From IMG/VR virus record IMGVR_UViG_2778261389_000007: 6,117 bases of DNA. The stretch is one strand, 5' to 3'. The DNA is from a virus (taxonomy: Duplodnaviria > Heunggongvirae > Uroviricota > Caudoviricetes). The notes beneath the pieces were generated by a model. That model saw only the letters and a list, made by a program, of their open reading frames with translations. It was not told where the DNA came from and did not search any database. Both the position numbers and the translations under genes were made by a program. Below are positions 1 to 5,369 of the stretch, in pieces; positions within the stretch are counted from its first letter, which is position 1, and each line of letters opens with the position of its first letter.

Positions 1-1314
1 TTAACTTACTGATTTTAATAATCCTCTACTGCTAGTTTGTGGTCTATGGGGCATCAATGGGGCAAAATCACCCAGCTTCTGATTCAGCATTGCGATCTGC
101 TCTGCGTTATTGTCTGCCATCCATGCGCCGTACACATTGAAAACCATTTGCGCACTAGCGTGCCCCATCTGACTGGCTATAAAGCTTGGATTGGCGCCAG
201 CGGCCAGTGACCAGCACGCGTAAGTGTGGCGCGACTGGTAAGCTTTTCGATGCCTGATCCCCGCCTTTTTTAACCCTGCGTCCCACGAGTCACCAAACGA
301 ATCAACCTTGTAGATAACCCCCACATCCTTACTTCGACGGACTATCTTAGGGTTAAAGACAAATGTACAGCTGTGCTGCGTTGTTCGACCATATTCACGC
401 AATTGCACGTTGATGTGATACTGCTGCCCGAGTCTAGTCATTTCCATCTGATTCCTTAACGCATCGATGGCTGGCTGAATGAGGTGTATCACTCTATCCG
501 TACTGGCGTCCGTTTTCGGTAGTGTGAACTCGCCCAGTTTTGTATAATTACGGCGAATTGTTATTGTACCCGCTTCAAGGTCTATATCTTCCCATGCCAG
601 GGAAACCAGTTCTCCGTGACGAACACCTGTGTACACCGCCAGTGACCACATGTTTTTCGTCTGCTGATGCCGGCACGCATCTATCAGACGGATGAATTCA
701 TCACGGCTGAGCGGATCTGGCTCCACCCTGGCCCTTTTTAATGGCTTTATTCCATCAAAGGGATTTGCCTTTATGTACCCATTATCGGCGGCGAACTGGA
801 ACATTCCGGCGATAGTCGTCATGTAGTAATTGACGGTGACCGCGCTCCGGCCCTTAACAGGGATCCTGCCCTTTGCCGCGCACTGATAACCCATCAAAAG
901 CTCTTTCCTGATGTACAGCAACTCTTCTTTCTCAATCGCTGTCACCAGTCGGGTAGCCCCGATCAGCGGTACAACAACTGCCACGACCGACTCGTACCGT
1001 TTGTGCGCGTTCGCGCTGATTTCCATCTTTTTCAGATCCAGCCACTTCTCTTCGAGTTCTTTCACTGTGATTTCTTTCTTGCCCAACCCAAAAATTTTAA
1101 GGTTAGGTGAATCTGGAAACCGTTCAGCATAATCAAAGCTTCCCGTGCGGATGGCAAAGCATACCGACACCCGCAGTTCCCCGGCGATCTTCCTGTTCTT
1201 AGCGGTGTCAGGGACACCGAGGTTTTCCCTGACGCGCTTACCTTTAAAATTAAACCAGATGCGCAGACTGCCACCGTGGTTTTCGACGCCTGTTGGATAT
1301 GTGATTTTATCCAT
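1..1314 (-). CDS. int: Phage tyrosine integrase (lambdoid Int family), 437 aa
   Basis: Seen: full ORF with ATG at 1314..1312, preceded on the minus strand by GGAGG with a 5-nt spacer; stop TAA at 3..1. Established: N-terminal arm-type region (MDKITYPTGVENHGGSLRIWFNFKGKRV), then tyrosine-recombinase motifs in canonical order: TGVRHGEL (catalytic Arg, about aa 232), SRHTYA (Arg-His box, about aa 362), GHASAQM...NVYGAW (His about 385, nucleophile Tyr about 395). Resembles E. coli lambdoid prophage integrases from memory; not searched. Confidence 0.93.
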   Translation of the reverse strand: MDKITYPTGVENHGGSLRIWFNFKGKRVRENLGVPDTAKNRKIAGELRVSVCFAIRTGSFDYAERFPDSPNLKIFGLGKKEITVKELEEKWLDLKKMEISANAHKRYESVVAVVVPLIGATRLVTAIEKEELLYIRKELLMGYQCAAKGRIPVKGRSAVTVNYYMTTIAGMFQFAADNGYIKANPFDGIKPLKRARVEPDPLSRDEFIRLIDACRHQQTKNMWSLAVYTGVRHGELVSLAWEDIDLEAGTITIRRNYTKLGEFTLPKTDASTDRVIHLIQPAIDALRNQMEMTRLGQQYHINVQLREYGRTTQHSCTFVFNPKIVRRSKDVGVIYKVDSFGDSWDAGLKKAGIRHRKAYQSRHTYACWSLAAGANPSFIASQMGHASAQMVFNVYGAWMADNNAEQIAMLNQKLGDFAPLMPHRPQTSSRGLLKSVS

Positions 1315-1369
1315 TAATACCTCCAGACGCCCAAGAGCGATACGAGCTTACCTTTTTCATGGCATCAAA

Positions 1370-1606
1370 TCATCCTGGCTGCTTGCTTTTCATTGAAGCG
1401 ACCCAGGCATCTACAGCCTTTCTGTTATACATGCACTCACTGGAAGGTTTTGGATTCCCGTCAGGTGATACGTGGATATACTCCCTCCCAACCATCCAGC
1501 ACTCTTTTCTGGCCCGGAGGATGGTACCGGGCTTGAGCCCGGTAACCGCGATAAGAACGCTTTCACAAACCCAATCGTTAGGAGCTAACTGAATAACATT
1601 GCTCAT
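1370..1606 (-). CDS. xis: Excisionase-like protein (putative Xis / recombination directionality factor), 78 aa
   Basis: Seen: 78-aa ORF immediately upstream of int on the same strand with a 55-nt gap; ATG at 1606 preceded by GAGGCGGG. Inference: position and size fit lambdoid xis; the basic central segment (KPGTILRARKECWMVGREYIHVSPDG) is consistent with a small DNA-binding excisionase. Family membership not verified. Confidence 0.65.
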   Translation of the reverse strand: MSNVIQLAPNDWVCESVLIAVTGLKPGTILRARKECWMVGREYIHVSPDGNPKPSSECMYNRKAVDAWVASMKSKQPG

Positions 1607-1615
1607 ATACCCGCC

Positions 1616-1762
1616 TCACACCAAGTCAAGGCCACGGCAGTGGCGCCACACATCAAACATCCGCTTTACCACTTCCCTACAGTAAAAACCGTCGCAATCT
1701 CGCGTAAGGTCGTAACGGCTCCCGTACCGTTGGCGCACCCATATTTCAAATGCTTTGTGCAT
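1616..1762 (-). CDS. Small hypothetical protein, 48 aa, Cys/His-containing (MHKAFEIWVRQRYGSRYDLTRDCDGFYCREVVKRMFDVWRHCRGLDLV); absent from the supplied ORF track
   Basis: Seen: hand translation of the minus strand. ATG at 1762..1760 shares one base with the TAA stop of the upstream gene (TAATG); stop TGA at 1618..1616 lies 9 nt before the xis ATG and overlaps its GAGG Shine-Dalgarno. Fills an otherwise unexplained 155-nt gap in a tightly packed operon. Too short for the ORF track. Function unknown. Confidence 0.5.
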   Translation of the reverse strand: MHKAFEIWVRQRYGSRYDLTRDCDGFYCREVVKRMFDVWRHCRGLDLV

Positions 1763-2073
1763 TACTTCACCTCTGCAGATAACGTCGTCACAATGACATG
1801 CTGGCGCGCCTTGGGTTTTATCAGAAAAATAGCCTTGTCATGCCTGAGCCCGTATCCACCTTCACGTTCGCAGCGTGCGACTGAGGCGCACAAAGAGCGG
1901 GGAATACCTTTCTTGCTGACATCAAATACCCAGGCGTTTTTGAGATCGAGGATCAGATTTCCTACATCGCCACCAATGCGTTCGATATAGCGTTCAATAG
2001 CGTGAACAGTCACCATGTAGTGGCGAAACTGCACACTTCCTGAGGCGGTCATTATTGGTGTAGTGGTGGTCAT
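1762..2073 (-). CDS. Hypothetical small phage protein, 103 aa, with HAIERYIERIG motif (possible small toxin-like/nuclease-like fold; speculative)
   Basis: Seen: the track ORF 1762..2109 has an in-frame ATG at 2073 preceded by a strong Shine-Dalgarno (GGAGGTGAAGTG then ATG) and sharing one base with the upstream gene's TGA stop (TGATG), so the 103-aa form is preferred. Inference: the HAxERxxER motif and hydrophobic C-terminus (VIVTTL) are reminiscent of small toxin-like domains, recalled from memory only. Confidence 0.7.
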   Translation of the reverse strand: MTTTTPIMTASGSVQFRHYMVTVHAIERYIERIGGDVGNLILDLKNAWVFDVSKKGIPRSLCASVARCEREGGYGLRHDKAIFLIKPKARQHVIVTTLSAEVK

Positions 2074-2534
2074 CACTTCACCTCCACGCCGATCCCGGCA
2101 ATGACACAAGCTCGCTCTATAGCTTCTTTCACCCAGCGCTTATAGGTTTCCGGATGGAATACTTCGCTTTTCCCGGTATCGCTCCAGAACGCTTTTGACG
2201 TAATATCTGGCAGGGTGATGGTCAACGGTTTACCAGAAGTGACATCGCTAACCACTCTCTCCCAGTGGTCGCCAGTCTGCGATTCAAGACGCTGAATTAA
2301 CTCCCCAATACTTAAAGGGGCGATCAACTGCTGGCGTAAGCGCTGAATCTCCGCCGCCATGTAGTAACCGGTTTTGCTCCAGGTATCTACATCATCACCG
2401 GCCATATCCGGTTCCATCGTCGCCATCAGAACGGCGTCGTGATAGTCCTGGCTGCCATTGGTGATCGCGACAGCGTAGGTATCACTGTTTTCGCGCTTAT
2501 AGATAAGCACGACAGGGTTAGTGATTTTGCTCAT
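2073..2534 (-). CDS. Hypothetical phage protein, 153 aa
   Basis: Seen: ORF with ATG at 2534 in a 4-nt ATGA overlap with the upstream gene's stop (2531-2534, plus-strand tcat); its TGA stop overlaps the start of the downstream 103-aa gene. Mixed amino-acid composition typical of real coding sequence. No recognisable motif. Confidence 0.75.
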   Translation of the reverse strand: MSKITNPVVLIYKRENSDTYAVAITNGSQDYHDAVLMATMEPDMAGDDVDTWSKTGYYMAAEIQRLRQQLIAPLSIGELIQRLESQTGDHWERVVSDVTSGKPLTITLPDITSKAFWSDTGKSEVFHPETYKRWVKEAIERACVIAGIGVEVK

Positions 2535-2743
2535 TTCGCCGTCTCCCGCTCAGCTTCGATGATGGCATCTACAGCCATCACCAGAGTTCTGGCTAGGTCG
2601 TCGTAATCCTGCCATGCATCATTGCTAAAAAAATTCGTGAGCATTACCGGCGCTATCTGCACAACGAGGTGCTGGCGGTAAGTCATGCCACGGGGAGTAT
2701 CAATGCGCGGGCATGGGTAAGCTGAATGCTGGCCTTTGCTCAT
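2531..2743 (-). CDS. Hypothetical small phage protein, 70 aa
   Basis: Seen: ORF bounded by ATGA overlaps at both ends (2740-2743 and 2531-2534). Function unknown. Confidence 0.7.
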   Translation of the reverse strand: MSKGQHSAYPCPRIDTPRGMTYRQHLVVQIAPVMLTNFFSNDAWQDYDDLARTLVMAVDAIIEAERETAK

Positions 2744-2964
2744 CGTGTCGCCTCTCGTTGAATTGTCTTGTAGGCTCGCAACATATCGCGAGATTTTCCG
2801 GACAAAACCGTCTTCATGAAGAACATTCCACTACGGTTTGCAACTATTCCTGGTGTGCAGAGCAGTGTGGCGTCTACCACGCGGTTATGTTTACGGAACT
2901 CAAACACAGTACTGGTGATCACGATGTTCGCTACGGCGCCATAGTCCTGGTATTGGATTTTCAT
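2740..2964 (-). CDS. Hypothetical small phage protein, 74 aa (MKIQYQDYGAV...)
   Basis: Seen: the track ORF extends to 3006, but the in-frame ATG at 2964 forms an ATGA overlap with the upstream gene's stop (2961-2964) and has GGAG about 10 nt upstream; the 3006 ATG has GGTGG directly abutting it with no spacer. The shorter start is preferred. Confidence 0.65.
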   Translation of the reverse strand: MKIQYQDYGAVANIVITSTVFEFRKHNRVVDATLLCTPGIVANRSGMFFMKTVLSGKSRDMLRAYKTIQREATR

Positions 2965-3386
2965 GAAATTGAATCTCCGGCAGTTTCTTTTGTGTAGTTT
3001 TCCCATCCACCATAGCTGTTAACCATTTCGCCCAGCCGCGAGAAGCAAGCATTCATCCATCGGATGCCCCTTGGGGTTAGTGTTGGTACAGTCCCCCAGT
3101 CGATGAAGTCAGAATTACTGCGGTGCATATATTTAATGAGGTCCAGAATGTTGATGTAATGGGCACGGCGTTTTTCCATATCCCATCCCTTATCTTCCAA
3201 ATACGAATCGATAAAGCTCTTAATGGCTGGTTGGTCTAGTGAAATATCCCCGTACTGATGGCGGTACACCGGGCGACGGTGCATGCTGACTAAGTGGAAC
3301 AGGTAGGCATCAGACACCCATATCAGCGCTTGCTGGTGGGCCAGCTCAACAGAGCCAACCGGTACCCAAATTTCATTATTGTTCAC
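2961..3386 (-). CDS. Hypothetical phage protein, about 141 aa (146 aa if the ATG at 3401 is used)
   Basis: Seen: ORF 2961..3401. A GTG at 3386..3384 is preceded by GGGAGGG with a 6-nt spacer and forms a GTGA overlap with the upstream Bro-N gene's stop (3383-3385). The ATG at 3401 would overlap that gene by 19 nt and has only a weak GGTGA upstream. The start is therefore ambiguous; the protein is unrecognised. Confidence 0.65.
   Translation of the reverse strand: MNNNEIWVPVGSVELAHQQALIWVSDAYLFHLVSMHRRPVYRHQYGDISLDQPAIKSFIDSYLEDKGWDMEKRRAHYINILDLIKYMHRSNSDFIDWGTVPTLTPRGIRWMNACFSRLGEMVNSYGGWENYTKETAGDSIS
3332..3339 (+). other. Chi-like octamer GCTGGTGG (RecBCD recombination hotspot sequence), single copy
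   Basis: Seen: exact 8-mer on the plus strand at 3332-3339. Established: this is the E. coli Chi sequence. One copy in 6 kb is roughly the expected background density in enterobacterial DNA, so significance is doubtful. Confidence 0.3.
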
Positions 3387-4141
3387 TGTTGACCCTCCCA
3401 TCCAATCACCTGGAACAGCCCCATCTTAGGGTGATACCACCGGGTGCCTCGAGGTTCAGCTTCAAACATCATTTTGGTGAATGCCGTCATAAATGGCTGC
3501 TCACGCACAATGGTCATGGTGGATTTGGTTCCTCCAGGCGCAATAAATGGGATAGGCTTATGGTCGATGTCATAAGCGGAGACTAACTGGCGACACTTTG
3601 CATCTGAAAGTCCGCACAGTGCTTTCAATTCCGAGTATCCAGCCCAACCAGGAGGCGTTGCACCACGAGCGATATGATCTACTAGCTCGGTAACCTCAAC
3701 GACCTTGTCCTCAACGTGGTTAAGGCGACGCTCCTGCTCAACATTCAGCAGGGCCATTTCGGCAATGATCTCCGCCTGAGATTTAGGGCGTTGGTATCTA
3801 TAGCTGCCAGTTTCGCGGATAGATGGCAGAACATCTTCGCATACCCAGTCTTGTACACGTTCAGCGGAAGCAAGCTGGCTACGGAGAATGAGCCGGTAAG
3901 CATCAGATTCAGACGCAAGTTGCATGCCACGAATTTTGTCGTTAAAACCCAATTCTCGCGATTCGCTATAATTAAGTTTAATCAATGACTTGCAGTGAGT
4001 TTTTAGCGCGTCAGCCGGATTTGCGTAACCCAGGGATTTTGCCAGCTCAACGGCATCAAATACTGGTTTTCCCTGGTAAAGCATCCCGCTCAGAGAAATG
4101 CCGAGATCCGACGAGTTAAATTTCATCAGTTGATTACTCAT
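3383..4141 (-). CDS. Bro-N domain protein (phage antirepressor-like N-terminal DNA-binding domain) with uncharacterised C-terminal domain, 252 aa
   Basis: Seen: the track ORF 3383..4267 has an in-frame ATG at 4141 (MSNQLMKFNSS...) preceded by GGAGGAAG with a 9-nt spacer; the longer form would overlap the next gene by more than 130 nt. Established: the N-terminus carries Bro-N hallmarks (GKPVFDAVELAKSLGYANPADAL ... YRLILRSQLASAERVQDWVCEDVLPSIRETGSY). The C-terminal half, about 135 aa, is unrecognised. Confidence 0.8.
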   Translation of the reverse strand: MSNQLMKFNSSDLGISLSGMLYQGKPVFDAVELAKSLGYANPADALKTHCKSLIKLNYSESRELGFNDKIRGMQLASESDAYRLILRSQLASAERVQDWVCEDVLPSIRETGSYRYQRPKSQAEIIAEMALLNVEQERRLNHVEDKVVEVTELVDHIARGATPPGWAGYSELKALCGLSDAKCRQLVSAYDIDHKPIPFIAPGGTKSTMTIVREQPFMTAFTKMMFEAEPRGTRWYHPKMGLFQVIGWEGQQ

Positions 4142-4418
4142 TGTCTTCTTCCTCCAGTTCCTTTGCTTCTCGTTCGGCAATTGCATCGAGTTCTGCATCA
4201 AGCGATTCGGCCTCGCCATAGGTCGCGATGCGGATAGATTTGAATGCTGGTTCGCTGAATTCAGCATGCCCCTTACAGAGCCCAGCAGTCGCAGAAACTA
4301 CAGCCTCCATTTCGCTACTACTGCCGACAAAGATTGAATATTCGCGGCGCTCGGCATTTTCAGTCACCATGAATGTGACGCAGTACCACGCAGTGATAAG
4401 TTCGTTTTTCATCATCAT
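4134..4418 (-). CDS. Hypothetical small acidic protein, 94 aa, with strongly acidic C-terminal tail (ESLDAELDAIAEREAKELEEEDNE)
   Basis: Seen: ORF with three tandem ATGs at 4418, 4415 and 4412; GAGGT lies 2-3 nt before the first, so the true start is probably the second or third. Its stop overlaps the Bro-N gene start by 8 nt. About 21 acidic against 8 basic residues, by hand count. Confidence 0.65.
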   Translation of the reverse strand: MMMKNELITAWYCVTFMVTENAERREYSIFVGSSSEMEAVVSATAGLCKGHAEFSEPAFKSIRIATYGEAESLDAELDAIAEREAKELEEEDNE

Positions 4419-4423
4419 TTACC

Positions 4424-4930
4424 TCAGTGCAAAATGTGTTGAACGGGTATTGCTTCGCCGACACGTAACCGAACAGCAAGATCCATAAACATCTCGTCGA
4501 GAAAACCGCTGAACCACGAATGACCGTCTTCTTTCAGGCGCTGATCGTTGGCGGAGTAGAACTGGAAGACAGCCAGATATCGCTCCTGTGGTTTTTGCTC
4601 GAGCAGAGCGCCTTCTACGTGTTCAATAAGCAGGTTCTCGATAAGCTCCCGCGTTAAGCCAAAAACAAACTCACCAGTTTTAAACTGGTATTCACCGTCA
4701 CGAAGTCCCCAGCGTTTTTCGCACTCAATCAGGTAGGTAAGGGCGACAGTTCCGCCCATGGAGTGACAAACGGTTTCAGCCCATTCATGCTGCTCTTCAG
4801 TTGTCAGCGTACCTTTGCCGTAACGATTTTCATCGAGCATCCACGCGGGGATGTGCGTACCGGACTGCTCCTGCATTTCTTTCAGTCGGGCAACTAGCTG
4901 CTTTATGTTGTCGTTTTTGTTGGTACTCAT
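4424..4930 (-). CDS. Hypothetical phage protein, 168 aa
   Basis: Seen: ORF with ATG at 4930 in an ATGA overlap with the upstream ORF's stop (4927-4930); GGAG about 10 nt upstream. Mixed composition; no motif recognised. Confidence 0.75.
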   Translation of the reverse strand: MSTNKNDNIKQLVARLKEMQEQSGTHIPAWMLDENRYGKGTLTTEEQHEWAETVCHSMGGTVALTYLIECEKRWGLRDGEYQFKTGEFVFGLTRELIENLLIEHVEGALLEQKPQERYLAVFQFYSANDQRLKEDGHSWFSGFLDEMFMDLAVRLRVGEAIPVQHILH

Positions 4931-5145
4931 CGTTTTAATTCTCCGTTATACGTTTCATGACTCATTACTTCCCAGTTCTTGCCGCCATCGCGGGATAGCA
5001 GCCGCCAGCGCGGATTAACCTTCAGGCTGAGAAATCCGGTGCGTCGCATACGTCGTGCATATACTCGCTTCCGTCGGTATCGCAGCAGGACCTGCATCGC
5101 CTGCAGGTGTACGCGTTCAGGTATTCGAATTGCTGTCAGTGCCAC
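4927..5145 (-). CDS. Hypothetical Arg-rich small protein; start uncertain (GTG at 5145 gives 72 aa, ATG at 5097 gives 56 aa)
   Basis: Seen: ORF whose stop is ATGA-coupled to the downstream 168-aa gene. The N-terminal part is very Arg-rich with rare CGA/CGG codons (RYRRKRVYARRMRR) and overlaps the 3' end of the frameshifted gene upstream; the C-terminal part (SRDGGKNWEVMSHETYNGELKR) looks more protein-like. Could be a small basic nucleic-acid-binding protein, or partly a non-coding frame. Confidence 0.4.
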   Translation of the reverse strand: MALTAIRIPERVHLQAMQVLLRYRRKRVYARRMRRTGFLSLKVNPRWRLLSRDGGKNWEVMSHETYNGELKR

Positions 5146-5369
5146 CAGTTAGCTCCTGTATACGTAACCCGGCTTCGCGAGCCATTTTGATAAAAGTGTC
5201 CAGTGCGCAAATATGTTCGTCGTCGAGCAGCCGGCGGTCGCATGTCACACGCCCTTTTTCGATGTAAAGAACCACGCGTCCGGTGAAATCCGGAAGCACA
5301 TGCAGATCCACGTTGAGGACTGGGGGGGGGGATCTGCATTCCGTGCATAATTGTTTGTTGTGAGGCCAT
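5117..5369 (-). pseudogene. Small phage ORF split by a frameshift in a G10 (minus-strand C10) homopolymer; an 83-aa product would be restored by a 1-nt contraction
   Basis: Seen: ATG at 5369..5367 is TGATG-coupled to the upstream gene's stop and reads MASQQTIMHGMQI-PPP into the C-run, after which that frame turns Arg-rich (SPQRGSACASGFHRTRGSLHRKRACDMRPP...). The -1 frame after the run is protein-like (VLNVDLHVLPDFTGRVVLYIEKGRVTCDRRLLDDEHICALDTFIKMAREAGLRIQELTGGTDSNSNT, stop at 5117). With 9 rather than 10 G the two halves join in frame (hand-checked). Confidence 0.5.
5300..5339. repeat. Perfect 10-bp inverted repeat (ATGCAGATCC / GGATCTGCAT) with a 20-nt spacer containing the G-run
   Basis: Seen: plus strand 5300-5309 atgcagatcc and 5330-5339 ggatctgcat are exact reverse complements. 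The G10 run (5322-5331) fills the 3' part of the spacer and runs 2 nt into the right arm. Each arm contains a GATC. Confidence 0.85.

Noticed and set aside
911-1592. Plus-strand ORFs 911..1132, 1145..1396 and 1359..1592, and minus-strand ORF 1062..1274, overlapping int and xis
   Set aside because: They lie antisense to, or nested inside, the well-supported int and xis genes; they have biased Ser/Arg/Pro-rich composition and no ribosome-binding site or coupling. Most likely shadow ORFs.
1607-1630. TTGACT hexamer (-35-like) upstream of xis as a promoter
   Set aside because: No acceptable -10 element at 16-18 bp spacing (the candidate would be ATGAGC, overlapping the xis start), and the region is coding for the 48-aa ORF. 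Not supported.
1801-1810. Short palindromes GGCGCGCC (1803-1810) and GGCGCC (1642-1647) as operator or restriction-type sites
   Set aside because: Short GC palindromes of this size occur by chance in 50% GC coding DNA, and both lie inside coding sequence with no paired half-sites.
1640-1990. Plus-strand ORF of 116 aa
   Set aside because: It overlaps the minus-strand 48-aa and 103-aa ORFs, which are translationally coupled; it is the only reading on the opposite strand in a unidirectional operon, and I found no convincing Shine-Dalgarno upstream.
1762-2109. Longer 115-aa form of the ORF starting MCHCRDRRGGEV
   Set aside because: The upstream ATG lies inside the preceding gene with no ribosome-binding site. 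The internal ATG at 2073 has a strong GGAGGTGA site and a TGATG overlap, so the 103-aa form is preferred.
2713-2997. Plus-strand 94-aa ORF
   Set aside because: Antisense to two coupled minus-strand genes; Cys/Ser-rich, low-complexity translation. Likely spurious.
3383-4267. Full 294-aa form of the Bro-N ORF, and the plus-strand and minus-strand ORFs inside it (3389..3586, 3716..3988, 3745..3930)
   Set aside because: The 42-aa N-terminal extension would overlap the acidic-protein gene by more than 130 nt and is Arg/Asn/Gln-rich junk-like sequence. The internal ATG at 4141 has a good ribosome-binding site. The nested ORFs are shadow frames.
4228-4488. Plus-strand 86-aa ORF
   Set aside because: Antisense to coupled minus-strand genes; no supporting signal.
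5055-5267. Plus-strand 70-aa ORF (Ser/Pro/Ala-rich)
   Set aside because: Low-complexity composition, antisense to minus-strand coding sequence. Likely spurious.
5322-5331. G10 tract as a dG/dC-tailing cloning artefact
   Set aside because: Classic G/C-tailed junctions regenerate a PstI site (CTGCAG) next to the homopolymer, and that is not what flanks this tract (ATCTGCAT). The second tract is C8T6 with no such site. The tract also sits inside an otherwise continuous phage gene, so slippage or a sequencing indel is more likely.
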